The notes below the pieces were generated by a model, which did no database searches, was not told the DNA's origin, and saw nothing but the letters and a program-made list of their open reading frames with translations. Below, one piece after another: positions 19,297 through 30,000 of a stretch of DNA of 64,000 nt (the first letter of the stretch is position 1; every line of letters starts with the position of its first letter). Source of the DNA: Phycisphaerae bacterium. Lineage in GTDB: Bacteria > Planctomycetota > Phycisphaerae > UBA1845 > Fen-1342. The position numbers were made by a program, and so were the translations under genes. The DNA lies in assembly GCA_963675745.2 (NCBI GenBank), contig CAXXWX010000019.1:416001-480000 (forward strand), in the 5' to 3' direction.

Positions 19297-20583
19297 ATGA
19301 TCGAGATGAGAGACGACTCACGTATTCTGGTAATCGGCTCGGCCGCGCTGGCCGACGCGGCGCGGCGGGCGTTACCGGAGCGTGATGTCATCGGGGTGGC
19401 TCATTCATTGGCGGGGGTGTGGCAGACGGGGCGCGCCGGCTGTGGCGACGTGCTGCTATCGCTTTCGCTGGGCGGCGATGCACTGCGTGCCCTGCGCAGC
19501 TTGCGCCGCGTGGCCCCCGGCGCGCGTATTGTCCTGACCTGTACGCCGGCCGACGAGCCGCGCGCCCGTCAGGCGCTGGGCGATGGAGCCGATGAATACC
19601 TGGTTGAGCCACTGGCCGCCGCTGATTTGCGACAGGCCTTTGACAAAAACGCTCCGCCGCGCGGGACCGGCATGCGCCAGGGCGAGCCCACGCCCACCGT
19701 TGCGGAAATCGTGCAGTTGGGAGACATCCTGCGCAACCTGGCCGAAGGGCCTCAAGTTACCCTGGACCGCCTGGCCGCCCTCGTGCAGCACTCGTTTGAT
19801 TCCAGCGGCGTCGCCATCGAGCTTGATGGGCTCGAGGCACGCGCTGGTGACGTGTCCGAAGCAGTGCTCGAAATGCCGATCGAGCGCGAGCACGCCGCGG
19901 TCGGACGCGTACGCCTGGGACGTTGTCGTCGCGGCACGTACCTTGCCACAACCGCGGCGCGCCTGGCCGATATGTGCCGGCTGGTCGAGGCGGCGGTACA
20001 CGAGGCACGCGAACGAGATCAACTGCGCGAATTGGCCTGGACTGACGACCTGAGCCAACTGCGCAACCGCCGCTATTTCTCACAGGTTCTCGATGACCTG
20101 TTGGCGCAGGCGCGGCAACGCCGTACGCGCGTGACCGTGCTGCTCTTCGACGTCGACGGGTTCAAGGCGTACAACGACGCCTATGGTCACGCCACCGGCG
20201 ACGCGCTGATCCGCGAGCTGGGCGTGTTGTTGAACCGTTGCTCGCGCGCTGACGACATCGTGGCACGCTACGGCGGCGACGAGTTTACCGTTGCGTTCTG
20301 GGATGCCGAGCAACCCCGTGTGCCGGGCTCACGCCACCCCAGCGAACCGATCATGCTGGCGGAACGATTCCAGCGGGCAATTCGCGAACATCAATTCGAG
20401 TGCTTCGGCCCGGACGCACCGGGGCCCGTGACGATCAGCGGCGGCCTGGCCTGCTTCCCGTGGCACGGGGACACGCGCGACGAGCTGATGCGGGCCGCCG
20501 ACGCGGCGCTGGGCGAGGCCAAGCGCACCGGCAAGAACCGCATCGCGCTGGCCGGCGATCCCGATGAGGCAGCGCCCGCCTGA
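19297..20583 (+). CDS. Diguanylate cyclase with degenerate N-terminal receiver domain
   Basis: DDLSQLRNRR, DVDGFKAYNDAYGHATGD, RADD I-site and RYGGDEF. Confidence 0.92.
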   Translation: MIEMRDDSRILVIGSAALADAARRALPERDVIGVAHSLAGVWQTGRAGCGDVLLSLSLGGDALRALRSLRRVAPGARIVLTCTPADEPRARQALGDGADEYLVEPLAAADLRQAFDKNAPPRGTGMRQGEPTPTVAEIVQLGDILRNLAEGPQVTLDRLAALVQHSFDSSGVAIELDGLEARAGDVSEAVLEMPIEREHAAVGRVRLGRCRRGTYLATTAARLADMCRLVEAAVHEARERDQLRELAWTDDLSQLRNRRYFSQVLDDLLAQARQRRTRVTVLLFDVDGFKAYNDAYGHATGDALIRELGVLLNRCSRADDIVARYGGDEFTVAFWDAEQPRVPGSRHPSEPIMLAERFQRAIREHQFECFGPDAPGPVTISGGLACFPWHGDTRDELMRAADAALGEAKRTGKNRIALAGDPDEAAPA

Positions 20584-20587
20584 TCGC

Positions 20588-22366
20588 TCAGTCGCCTAGC
20601 AGTGCCCGTTCCAGATGCCGGGTGGCCTCGATGTCCTTATCCCGCGCTGCGATGATCAGCGGCACCATCTGCCGCCGAATCTGCGGCTCGGCGAACTTGC
20701 GGATGTGCTCATCACTGCGGCCGAGACCGCCGACGAGCTCCCAAACCTGCCACATCAACTCATGCTCGGCCTCGAAACACGCCGCCGCCGCTTGCAGGCT
20801 TCCCGCTGCCTCGGGCAGTTCTGACGCCGCGTGTTTCACGAAGTGCATGGCGTACCAGCGCGCCTCGGCGACTGTGCAGACAGCGTCGTCGTGGGCCATG
20901 TGGCGTTCGCGCAGGAGATTCAGATCGTCGACGGGCAGTTCGTCATCACGCTGGAGCGCCTCGGCCCACGCCGTGTACGCCGCGTGACCGGCGTGGAAAT
21001 CGCCCACGCGTGCCCGCCGCGCCAAATCAACACCCCAGCGCAGCGCCCGGCGGTAGATTTCCCGCAGCGGCGGCCGGGCCTGCTTCTCGCCCAGCAGCAC
21101 AATCCCCGCCAGATCCGCACCCCAGTCGGCCTTGCGGAAGTAACCGGTCGCCTCGAAGCCGAGCCCCGCCGCGAAATCCGGCACGCCCTGGAAGAAGCTC
21201 CATCCGATCAGAATATCGCCGTCATGGTCGTAACCGGTGATGATGCACGGCTCCGGCGGTCCAACCACGCCGCACGCGATAACCGGCCGGCCATGCTCAC
21301 AAATGCTCTCGACAATCCGCCGGCGGTACTCCGCGGCGTCGTCGCACAGCGTGATCGAGTCCGCGTCTCCTCCCGCAAACACGGGCTTGAAGAAGAACGA
21401 GCACGCATGCCCCATCGCGTCGCACGCCCGGCGGACGGGCTCGGCGGGGTCGTCGGAAATGAACGGCAGCCCGACGTTGCCGCCAAACCACTCGCCATCC
21501 CGCCATAGCAGTCGAAAGGCGGCCCCGGACGTGCCCATGATGAACACATACGTGTGGTTCAAACGCCACTGGCCGCCGTGGCTGGATATCAATTCATGAC
21601 CCGAGTCGTGCCCCATGAATTCGAAGCAGGCGCGCAGGCAGGATGGGAAAGGATCGTCCTCGGGACAGCGTTGCACGTCGCTGCCCGGCGTAATCAACCC
21701 GGTGCCGTATGCCACGCGCGGCACGTTCTCCAGCACCTTGTGCGAGAACCCCTCAGGCAGTTGATGCTCGCCGATTGCCTCCGTCACCATCGTATCAACC
21801 TCCGCTTGCATGAGTTGTCGGGGCAACGCCGCCCTGAGCTGCTGCCGAGCGCGATAGACGAGCGCCTGGGCCGTCCCCAGCGGGATGTCCATGAAGTCCG
21901 CCAGTCGTCGGTGGCTCAACCCGCCCAGGTAGTACATCTCCAGCGGCTCGCGGTACTTCGGCGGTAAAGCGGCAACCGCGCTCAGAATCCGAGCACCCAG
22001 CTCGCGGCCCGACAGCCGTTGATCAGGCGTGGCATGTGCCGGGGCATTGGCATCGGCGGGCAACTCGTCGACCTGCACCACACGGCGACCCCCGAGTTGC
22101 TGCTTTCGCACCCAGTTGAGCGCCACCGTGTGCGTCACACGTCGCAACCAGCCGGCGAAACGTTGACCGTCGTGCAACTGGTTGAGCGTCTCCAGCGCGC
22201 GGATGAACGTCTCCTGAGTGATATCCTGGGCATCGGCCCAGCGGCCGACCACGCCGTGCGCCAAGGCGTACACGTACCCCTGGTAGCGGGCGATGAGTTC
22301 GCCGCACGCGTCGCGCCGGCCGGCGCGAGCACGCTGAACGAGTTCGGCATCTGTCAATCCGCTCAT
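20588..22366 (-). CDS. ECF sigma-70 factor with large C-terminal extension
   Basis: Region 2 (AQDITQETFIRA, FAGWLRRV) and region 4 (LPPKYR..L...GLS...LA....IPLGTA....YRARQQL), followed by about 400 aa of soluble domain. Confidence 0.85.
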   Translation of the reverse strand: MSGLTDAELVQRARAGRRDACGELIARYQGYVYALAHGVVGRWADAQDITQETFIRALETLNQLHDGQRFAGWLRRVTHTVALNWVRKQQLGGRRVVQVDELPADANAPAHATPDQRLSGRELGARILSAVAALPPKYREPLEMYYLGGLSHRRLADFMDIPLGTAQALVYRARQQLRAALPRQLMQAEVDTMVTEAIGEHQLPEGFSHKVLENVPRVAYGTGLITPGSDVQRCPEDDPFPSCLRACFEFMGHDSGHELISSHGGQWRLNHTYVFIMGTSGAAFRLLWRDGEWFGGNVGLPFISDDPAEPVRRACDAMGHACSFFFKPVFAGGDADSITLCDDAAEYRRRIVESICEHGRPVIACGVVGPPEPCIITGYDHDGDILIGWSFFQGVPDFAAGLGFEATGYFRKADWGADLAGIVLLGEKQARPPLREIYRRALRWGVDLARRARVGDFHAGHAAYTAWAEALQRDDELPVDDLNLLRERHMAHDDAVCTVAEARWYAMHFVKHAASELPEAAGSLQAAAACFEAEHELMWQVWELVGGLGRSDEHIRKFAEPQIRRQMVPLIIAARDKDIEATRHLERALLGD

Positions 22367-22747
22367 CGCGGCTCCCCTCGGTGACACGCCCGGACCACCC
22401 GGGAGGCACTGTCGCCCACCATCATGCCACCGAAACTACCCCAATGACATGACTGGTCGCCGGTTTGTTGCAGACGGCGCAATATGTAATGTCAATGAAC
22501 GCGCCGGCAACAGCGCGCCGGCTGTAGCCCTGCATCGCGTGGAGAGTCCGGCAGCACAAGCTTTCGAGCCGAATGCCGGTCCGGTCAGTCCGCCGCGGTA
22601 ACGCGGCCGACGCGACGCACAGAGCGTTGCCCTCATCGGACGGGATCGCACGATCGGCGGGGAAAACGCGAACGGTTCGCGGCGTTGCCGTGGCTTATCG
22701 CAAGCGGGGCGCGCGGCACGCCATGAGGCACGCGCACCACCCTGCCC

Positions 22748-24409
22748 TTACTTCTCGCCGCGCGGGGACTTACCCTGATTCAGCAGCTCCATGGCGGCCG
22801 CGTCTTGCAGGCGCGTGAGGTCGGTCCAGAACGTGCCCTCGCCGGCGAAGATCAGCCGCACCGAGTCGGGTGAGAAATTCTCGGCGAACGTATACAGGCT
22901 ATAGGCACGGCCACTGCCGAACGCCTCGATAAAGAGACGCTTGCCGCTGGCCTCAGCCTGGCGTTTCATCTGCTCAACCTCGGCGTTGGCCTGTCCCAGC
23001 ATCAGCACACGCTGGGCATCGAGCTCCGCCACCTCTCGATCGATGCGGGCCACCGCCAGGTCGCGCTGCGCGTCGATCTGCTCGGCCTGCTTTTCACCCT
23101 CGGCCTTGATCTCGGCGACCTTCTTGCGCGTTTCCGCGGTGATGTTCTCGCGCGCGACTTCAATCAACGCCACGTCGGCTTCCAGCTCGGCCTTTACGCT
23201 GGCCGTTTCCTGCTGTTTCTGCTTGGTCAGGTTCTCTTCGTCGGCGATATATCCGCGCTGGATCGTCTGCTTCAGATCGAGTCCGTCGGCGTCCGCCGAA
23301 CCGCCGCGCACCTCGATATTCTGAATAAGCGCAATCAGGATGTCGATGTTGCGCTCGCCGCAGACCTTCTGCAACGTTTCGGTCACGGCGCGCTGGTACA
23401 GCTCACGCTTCTCGCCTTCGATGAAGTCGGTGCTCACGTATTGTGAGCCGATGTTGCGGCAGATACTCCGCGTCTGACCGAGGATAATCTCCTTGATCCG
23501 ATCCACTTCGCCGAGCTGGTTGATCATCTCGGGCATATGCCGCGGATCACGGCCCCAGACCACGGTAACCTCGACCGCAATAGTAAAGCCGTCGGCGGCC
23601 GGGAAAGTGATCTCATCGTTCGGATCGTCGGAGTGGGCCTGCGCCAACTGGTTGTACCCGATCTGTACCAGCTTGACCTGCTGGACCTTGGGGTTGATGT
23701 AATACAGGCCCGGCGGCAGCACGTCCTTGAGGACGCCGCGTTGCCCCTCGACAGCGAGTTTCTGCACTACCTTTGGTGGTCCCTCGATCAGTTCGCCGTC
23801 GGGGCCGATGCTGGTCTCACTCACGATGTCGGTGCCGGGGTCGTCGCCGAGTTGCGAGGTCACCACGCCGACACACCCGATGGGCACGACGATGGCATCC
23901 ACGGTCTTGACCTCGAACGCCAACGGGTTGATGCGGTACGTGCCCGGCGTCAGCACATTTCGCTGAATGCCCTGGAAGCCCTCGCGCACAACCTCCGACT
24001 CTTCCGTCCATGGTTTGCCGGCGAGGCTGGTGACGATCCCGACTTGCGGCCACTCGCCCTCGATACGCGGGATGTCATATTCCGGGTTGCCGGCGAGGTA
24101 TACCTCGCGCCAGGTGGCCGGGTCGCCGGCCGAGATGGTTGTCAGCGGCATCTTCTGGGTTTCCCACAGCCACGGAATGAAGAAGTAGCGTCCCGGGCCG
24201 AGGGCCTCGCGCTGAATGCCCTTCTGCCCCGGTTGATCAGCAATGATCTGGTTGGCTGGCAACTCCGCGCCCGACTTGCGGATCAGCACCAGGCACTCGT
24301 CCGGGCCGACGTCAACGCGGCAGGTGAACCAGATGAAGCCGAGCAGCAGGGCGCCCAATGCCAGCGCCAGACCAAGCAGCGTGGAGATCATTCGTGTCTT
24401 CGACATCAC
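22748..24409 (-). CDS. SPFH/band-7 domain protein with repeated N-terminal modules
   Basis: N-terminal TM, three G.Q...L.PG.Y.INP-type repeats, FPAADGFTIAVEVTV SPFH core, AE-rich coiled coil. Confidence 0.8.
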   Translation of the reverse strand: MMSKTRMISTLLGLALALGALLLGFIWFTCRVDVGPDECLVLIRKSGAELPANQIIADQPGQKGIQREALGPGRYFFIPWLWETQKMPLTTISAGDPATWREVYLAGNPEYDIPRIEGEWPQVGIVTSLAGKPWTEESEVVREGFQGIQRNVLTPGTYRINPLAFEVKTVDAIVVPIGCVGVVTSQLGDDPGTDIVSETSIGPDGELIEGPPKVVQKLAVEGQRGVLKDVLPPGLYYINPKVQQVKLVQIGYNQLAQAHSDDPNDEITFPAADGFTIAVEVTVVWGRDPRHMPEMINQLGEVDRIKEIILGQTRSICRNIGSQYVSTDFIEGEKRELYQRAVTETLQKVCGERNIDILIALIQNIEVRGGSADADGLDLKQTIQRGYIADEENLTKQKQQETASVKAELEADVALIEVARENITAETRKKVAEIKAEGEKQAEQIDAQRDLAVARIDREVAELDAQRVLMLGQANAEVEQMKRQAEASGKRLFIEAFGSGRAYSLYTFAENFSPDSVRLIFAGEGTFWTDLTRLQDAAAMELLNQGKSPRGEK

Positions 24410-26073
24410 TGCTCACCTCCTTCCTTGGCAATCGGGGCCGCGCCGCTTGCCTCCCGTGGCGGCGGCGCCGGAGAAACGCCCGGCGGGGCGCTCGAATGCG
24501 CCTCGGACAGCGAGCGGAATATGTCCGCGAACGGGCCTTCCGTACTGGCCAGAATCGACTTCAGCGACGGCCCCAGCTTCTGATAGAAGAGGAACTGCGC
24601 ATAGCTCTCGCCGTTGCCGAATGCCGCGATCGCGTCGCGCAACGGCTCCGCCTCGGCCTTGAAGCCCAGCAGGATCACGTCGGCCTCGGCCTTCCCGCGT
24701 GAGAGAATCGCCGCCGCCTCTTCCTCGGCCGCCTGCAACTGCAGCTTGGCGACCTCATGCCGCTTGTTGGCCTCGGTCAGCGCCACGGCCTGGGTTTGCT
24801 CGGCCTGCTTGATGATCGCCACGACCTCTCGATTGGCCCCGCCGATGGCCTGGTTCTGTGTCACGAGTTCTTCCTGCTCGACCAGACGGGCCTGTGACTC
24901 GGCGACCTTCATCTCGTTTTGGTACCGCTTGATCTGCTGGTCTGCGAGCTGCCGATCACTGATCGGGCTGGCGATCGCGGCCGGTGGCTCGATGCGGCGG
25001 ATGGGAGTTGCCCGGATCGCGATGCCCTGGGCACCGCACTGGGCGTGCAACCCCTGAAAAACCTCCTCCTGAAACGCCTCGCGCGCCTCGCCGGATATGA
25101 ACTCACGCGCCAGCAATTTCGAGCCCTCGATGCGCGCCAGTGAGCGCGCGTAGGGCAGGATCAGCTTGGCCTCGATATCGGTGTGATCACCGATTGCGAC
25201 CATCACGTAGGGCGCCATATCCTGCCGAATGGCATACTCGACCGTCGCCTCGAGGGTGATCTCGAAGCTGTCCTTTGACGGGAAGCGGATAGCGTCGTTG
25301 CCGCGCAGGTCAAGCGTGTGGCTGCGCACGTCGATCAGATCGATCTTCCTGACATACGGATTGTTGTAATACAGTGCCGGTGTCAGCACGCCGGGCTGCA
25401 CGCCGCGCTCGCCTTCCTCCACCACCCAGGCATTGGGGTTGCTCGGTTCGGTGCCGTGAATCAGCGTCTGCACGCCGACGAAGCCCGGCGGTATCTCGAT
25501 CGGCGGAACGCGCTTTACCTCGTAGGCAAACGGGTTGATGTTATAGCGCGCGGGCATCAGCACCTCGGCCAGCGGGCCACGCTCATCGTCCGTCGTCGCT
25601 ACGACTTTGCCCGGCGGCAACGGCTTGCCGTATTTGCGGATCTGTATCCCCACTTCGTTCTGGTTAATCACGATCGCTCTGGCAATGCGTCGCTGCCACA
25701 GAAACGGATCGTAAAAGTGCCGGCCTTCAGATTGCACTTCGTACTTGATGCCCTGGTACCGGTTCGAGTTTTCCGGCTCGCCGAGTTCTCTCAGCAGCGC
25801 GGGTGAAAGCACAACCTGTTCGCGCACGGCGGCTGAGAGCTCCTTGCCGGCCGTCGCGTGGGCCGGCAACGCCGCCCCGACCCGCCGTACCAGTACCAAC
25901 ACTTCGCCCGGGCCGACTTCGACGCGCTGCACAAACCACCAGTAGCAAACACCCAGCAGCACCAGTGCCACCGGAACCAGCAATAGCAGCAGCAGCTTGG
26001 GAATCTGCGGCGGTCTGACCGTTATGACCCGCGGGCCCGACCCATCGTATGGTGGTGGAGTTACGACCGGCAT
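24406..26073 (-). CDS. SPFH/band-7 domain protein with repeated N-terminal modules (paralog)
   Basis: N-terminal TM, three repeats, FPSKDSFEITLEATVEY core, coiled coil; stop overlaps the start of the next gene. Confidence 0.8.
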   Translation of the reverse strand: MPVVTPPPYDGSGPRVITVRPPQIPKLLLLLLVPVALVLLGVCYWWFVQRVEVGPGEVLVLVRRVGAALPAHATAGKELSAAVREQVVLSPALLRELGEPENSNRYQGIKYEVQSEGRHFYDPFLWQRRIARAIVINQNEVGIQIRKYGKPLPPGKVVATTDDERGPLAEVLMPARYNINPFAYEVKRVPPIEIPPGFVGVQTLIHGTEPSNPNAWVVEEGERGVQPGVLTPALYYNNPYVRKIDLIDVRSHTLDLRGNDAIRFPSKDSFEITLEATVEYAIRQDMAPYVMVAIGDHTDIEAKLILPYARSLARIEGSKLLAREFISGEAREAFQEEVFQGLHAQCGAQGIAIRATPIRRIEPPAAIASPISDRQLADQQIKRYQNEMKVAESQARLVEQEELVTQNQAIGGANREVVAIIKQAEQTQAVALTEANKRHEVAKLQLQAAEEEAAAILSRGKAEADVILLGFKAEAEPLRDAIAAFGNGESYAQFLFYQKLGPSLKSILASTEGPFADIFRSLSEAHSSAPPGVSPAPPPREASGAAPIAKEGGEQ

Positions 26074-26097
26074 GGTTGTCTCCGAATGTTCTGTCTG

Positions 26098-26310
26098 TCA
26101 GGGAGCGGCGGTATCGAGGTCGGTTCCGCACTGCCCGCAATAGTGCGCCTTCTCCGAATTCAGATAGCCGCAGTGGGGGCACGGCTGCAAGCGTCGCTCG
26201 GCACGCGCCCCCTGGTCGCTCGGCGCCCGGCGTCCCGCCGACAGAATCACCGTGACCATCACGATCATCACGAAGATGATCATCAGAATTGTCAACGTCG
26301 CAGCGCTCAT
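26098..26310 (-). CDS. Small membrane protein with zinc ribbon
   Basis: MSAATLTILMIIFVMIVMVTVILS TM followed by CPHCG...YCGQCG; 24 nt upstream of the SPFH gene. Confidence 0.7.
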   Translation of the reverse strand: MSAATLTILMIIFVMIVMVTVILSAGRRAPSDQGARAERRLQPCPHCGYLNSEKAHYCGQCGTDLDTAAP

Positions 26311-26568
26311 GCATCTCATCCACGGCATGATTACTCGGCCATCTCAGCGCGTAGCATATCACGTCCGGCGCGGCGCGGCGTTTACAATGCGGGTCTATTT
26401 CTCGAACGCACGGGCGTCTGGCGGGGCGACCGAGCCGGTAGGCGGGCCGTCGGCAGATGCGCCGTGACGTCACCACACGCCTTCCGCGTCCATCGGTGCC
26501 GCGAGCGGCGTGTGATGATGGACGCGGGCGGCGTGCAATTGCGCTGTCTCACCACCGATGGTGGACGA

Positions 26569-27006
26569 TCAAGAAGACAGCAGGTCAATGAAGGCGTCGA
26601 TGTCGCCGTTGTTGGTCCAGCCGTCGCCGTTGATGTCCGCCAGGTTGATATCACAGTCCGGAAACGCGGCGGTATACCCGGGCGGGTCGGTCAGGGCCAT
26701 CACGAACGGATCGATGTCACCATTGTTGACCCAGCCATCGCAGTTCAGGTCGCCAAGCTGGTAAGCCGGCGCTCCGGGCCAGAAGCCACCGGCCAGTTCA
26801 AAGTCGCCGCCCGTCATGGCCAGTGTACCGGCGTCGGGTTGGCCGACGGTGCCGGATAGCACAAAGTCGCCACCAGTGCTGTACATCACTCCGCCACCGT
26901 CAACCGTACGCCAGTCGAGGTTGAAATCGTCGGCGCGGGCCGTGCCGAGCGAAGCCGCCAGCAGCGCGATCAACGCTCCAGTTGTTGCGTGCGCGACTCT
27001 GTTCAT
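26569..27006 (-). CDS. Secreted protein with dockerin-like (duplicated EF-hand) domain
   Basis: Signal peptide, DWRTVDGGG...LSGTVGQPDAG...LAGGFW module, GDLNCDGWVNNGDID and ADINGDGWTNNGDID loops. Confidence 0.85.
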   Translation of the reverse strand: MNRVAHATTGALIALLAASLGTARADDFNLDWRTVDGGGVMYSTGGDFVLSGTVGQPDAGTLAMTGGDFELAGGFWPGAPAYQLGDLNCDGWVNNGDIDPFVMALTDPPGYTAAFPDCDINLADINGDGWTNNGDIDAFIDLLSS

Positions 27007-30000
27007 TTGGCACCTCCCGTCTGCGCGCCGGCCAGTTCCGCCAAGCGAGATTCGATGCGCGTCAAGCGGTCGCGCAGGTCGGTGATCTCTTCCTGTTGGG
27101 CGGCGAGCTGCTCGGATTGAGCAGCAATCTCGGCGTCCTGGTCCTGCACGATCTCGTAGAGGCCCTGAATTGCAGCAAGAGCCACGCCGGCCGTGTCCAG
27201 GCTTGCGATGTGCGTGTCATCCCGGCCGAGACCGAAGGCCGCATGAAAGTCCTGGGCTACCGGACCAAGGTGACGAACCGCCGAATCCTCGACCCGGTAG
27301 TTCCACGAGGTGATAGGGAGATCGGCGAGCACGTGCAGCAAGGCCTGCCGGTCCACGGGGGCGAAGTTCTCCTTGGCGTTGCGGTCTGAGCTATCGGTCC
27401 ACGCCCCCCCGGTGGTCAGATGGGCGCCTGTCGACGTTGTGATGAGGTCGCCACCGGTCACCCAGATGTTGATCCAGCCAGCGTCGTTCACGTTGAAAGC
27501 CGCGCCGCCACTGGCCCATACACGGAATTGGTCAGCGCGCTGGGAATCGAAGTAGGTGGCATCATAGGAATCGGCCCAGACGAACGCGCCTTCGTGGAGT
27601 GCTCGCGCACCTCGCCCGGCGGCAAAGCTCCAGTCACCTTCGGCCTTATTGCCGGCGCCGAGGGCGAAACCGCACGTGCCTTTGGCAGTGTTCTGTATGC
27701 CTGCTGCAAAACTGTACTTGCCTTTAGCCACATTCCACAGGCCTCCGGGCACGGTGGAGTACTCTCCATGGGCTGTGTTGTCATAGCCACCGCCGACCGA
27801 GGCGTACTGACCGTCGTTTGGATCACTCGGATTGGTATCGTTCGGATCGTTGGGGTCGCCGGCCCAGTTGTGGATTCCGCCGGCGATGGTTGCACACTCG
27901 CCGATGGCGTGGTTGTTTTCGCCGCCGCCCACTGTGGCGTTTGACGCCTTCGCCTCGCAGCCCTGTCCGCCGCCGACGGTTGACCAATTACCGAGGGCCT
28001 TGTTCAGGTAGCCGCCGGCTACGGTGGCGTCGGCGTTGGCTTCGTTGTCGCTACCGCCACCGATCGCGCCGCCATGTGCCGTGTTCCTGTAGCCTCCGGC
28101 GATCGTGCCGCCGAACGCTTTATTCGATAGGCCTCCCCCAACGGTGGCGTACTCGTCGTTCACGCTTGGGTTGTTGGGATCTCCGGCCCAGTTTGACTTC
28201 CCACCGGCGATCGTGGTCCAGCCGACGACGGCGCGATTGCCCACGCCGCCACCGATCGCTGACCGCTCGCCGCTCGCGATGTTCTGCACACCGCCACTGA
28301 CGGTGCTGGCGATGTGACTGGCGGTATTCTCCGTGCCGCCGCCAACGGTGGACCAAATCTGCGACGCCGTGTTCTGCTCGCCCCCCGCAACCGTCGCATG
28401 GTCATCCGCGGCCCAATTGTTCTCACCACCGCCGACAGTGGCATAGTCGGCATCGGCCAACGTGTCGTCTCCGGCGCGGTTATTGGCTCCGCCGCCGACA
28501 GTGCCGTAATCGTCCATTACTCGGTTCTGCCCGGCAGCCTGGCCACCACCGCTAATCGTCGCCCCAACGACGCCGTCCGTGACACTGTTGACGGCGTAAC
28601 CGGCAATCACGTTTGGAATGCTCAGTGTCGGCTTGAGTCGCAACACAGGGATCCCGTCCACACGTAGTTGCAGCGCAACGTGGTCGGTGGTCCCCAGATA
28701 ATTACTGTTCGGGTCGGTGCCCTGGTTACCCGTCAGGCTCCAGCCATTGCCGCCCGATGCCGGCTGCCAGGTGCCCGTACCCGATGAATCGGAGGTCAGC
28801 ACGTAGTCGGCCTGGGCGCCGGTTGGGAGCTCAATCCCGGTCATCCGCACCGTGCCGGCCACGTCCAGCTTGGTGGCGGGTAGCGTTGTTCCGATGCCGA
28901 TATCGCCGACAGCGTCTTCGTAGATGACCGAGTCGCCAATCACGGTTGCGCCAGTGAACTTGGCGAGGTAGTTTGTGGTTCCGCCACCACCGATGCCGCC
29001 TGTGCCGCCGCCGACCGATACGCCGTTGATGAGCAGATCGGTCGCGTTAACGGAGCCGTTTACGTTCATGCCATAGCCGGCCGGATTGTTCGTGTTGACG
29101 CCGACGCCGCCACCGGCCCGGATAAGAAACTGATTGTTGCCCGTCGAACTGAAGTCCGCGTCGATCGAGTCGGCCCAAGTGAACGTCCCGGTGTGGTTCA
29201 CCTTGGCTCGTCGTCCTGCCGCGAAGCTGTAGTCGGCCCATACTTCGTTCTGCTCCCCGCCGGGGATGGTGGCGGCCCGGCCGTTGGCCCAGTTGGTGTT
29301 GCCGCCACCGACCGCCGCGTACTCTTCATTTCCGCCTCCCACGGTGTTGTCATATCCTCCGGCGATGCTGCCGTACGGGCCCTTGGCGTAGTTGCTCCAG
29401 CCGCCGCCGACGGCTGCGTGCGGTCCTGCCGCGTTGTTCTGTCCGCCGCCGATCGTAGCCCATCCTTCGTTCGCTGTGTTGCTCTGCCCGCCGCCAATCG
29501 TGGCAAACGTGTCTGTTGCCGGGTCGGCGTCATCACTGCCGACCTCGTTGTTTCCGCCGCCGCCGATGGTGCCATAGTTGTCGTAGACGTGGTTATTCGT
29601 GTCGTTGGGGAAGCCGAGGTTCGTTGGCCCGCCGCCGGCGATAGTGGCGTAGTCGGCGGTGGCATGGTTATAGCTCCCGCCGGCGACGGTGGCCTTGACG
29701 CCGCTGGCGATGTTGTCAGCGCCGCCGCCGACTGTGGCACCGTCTACGTTGGCGAGGTTCCCGCCGCCTCCGGCTACGGTACTGACATCGGCGCTGGCGA
29801 TGTTACCCACGCCGCCGGCGACCACCGCGTACTCACCGCTCGCGATGTTGTTGGCACCGCCACCGACGGTGGCCTTCAACGCGCTGGCCTCGTTGTCCGC
29901 GCCGCCGCCGATGGTGGCGCCGTCTGCGGTGGCGTCGTTCCCGCCGCCACCCGCCACGGTTGCGATCACCTCCGTGGCGGTGTTGCCGCCGCCGCCGGCC

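Noticed and set aside
27003..27400. S74 domain as evidence of a prophage
   Set aside because: The protein has a Sec signal peptide and no phage structural or replication genes flank it.
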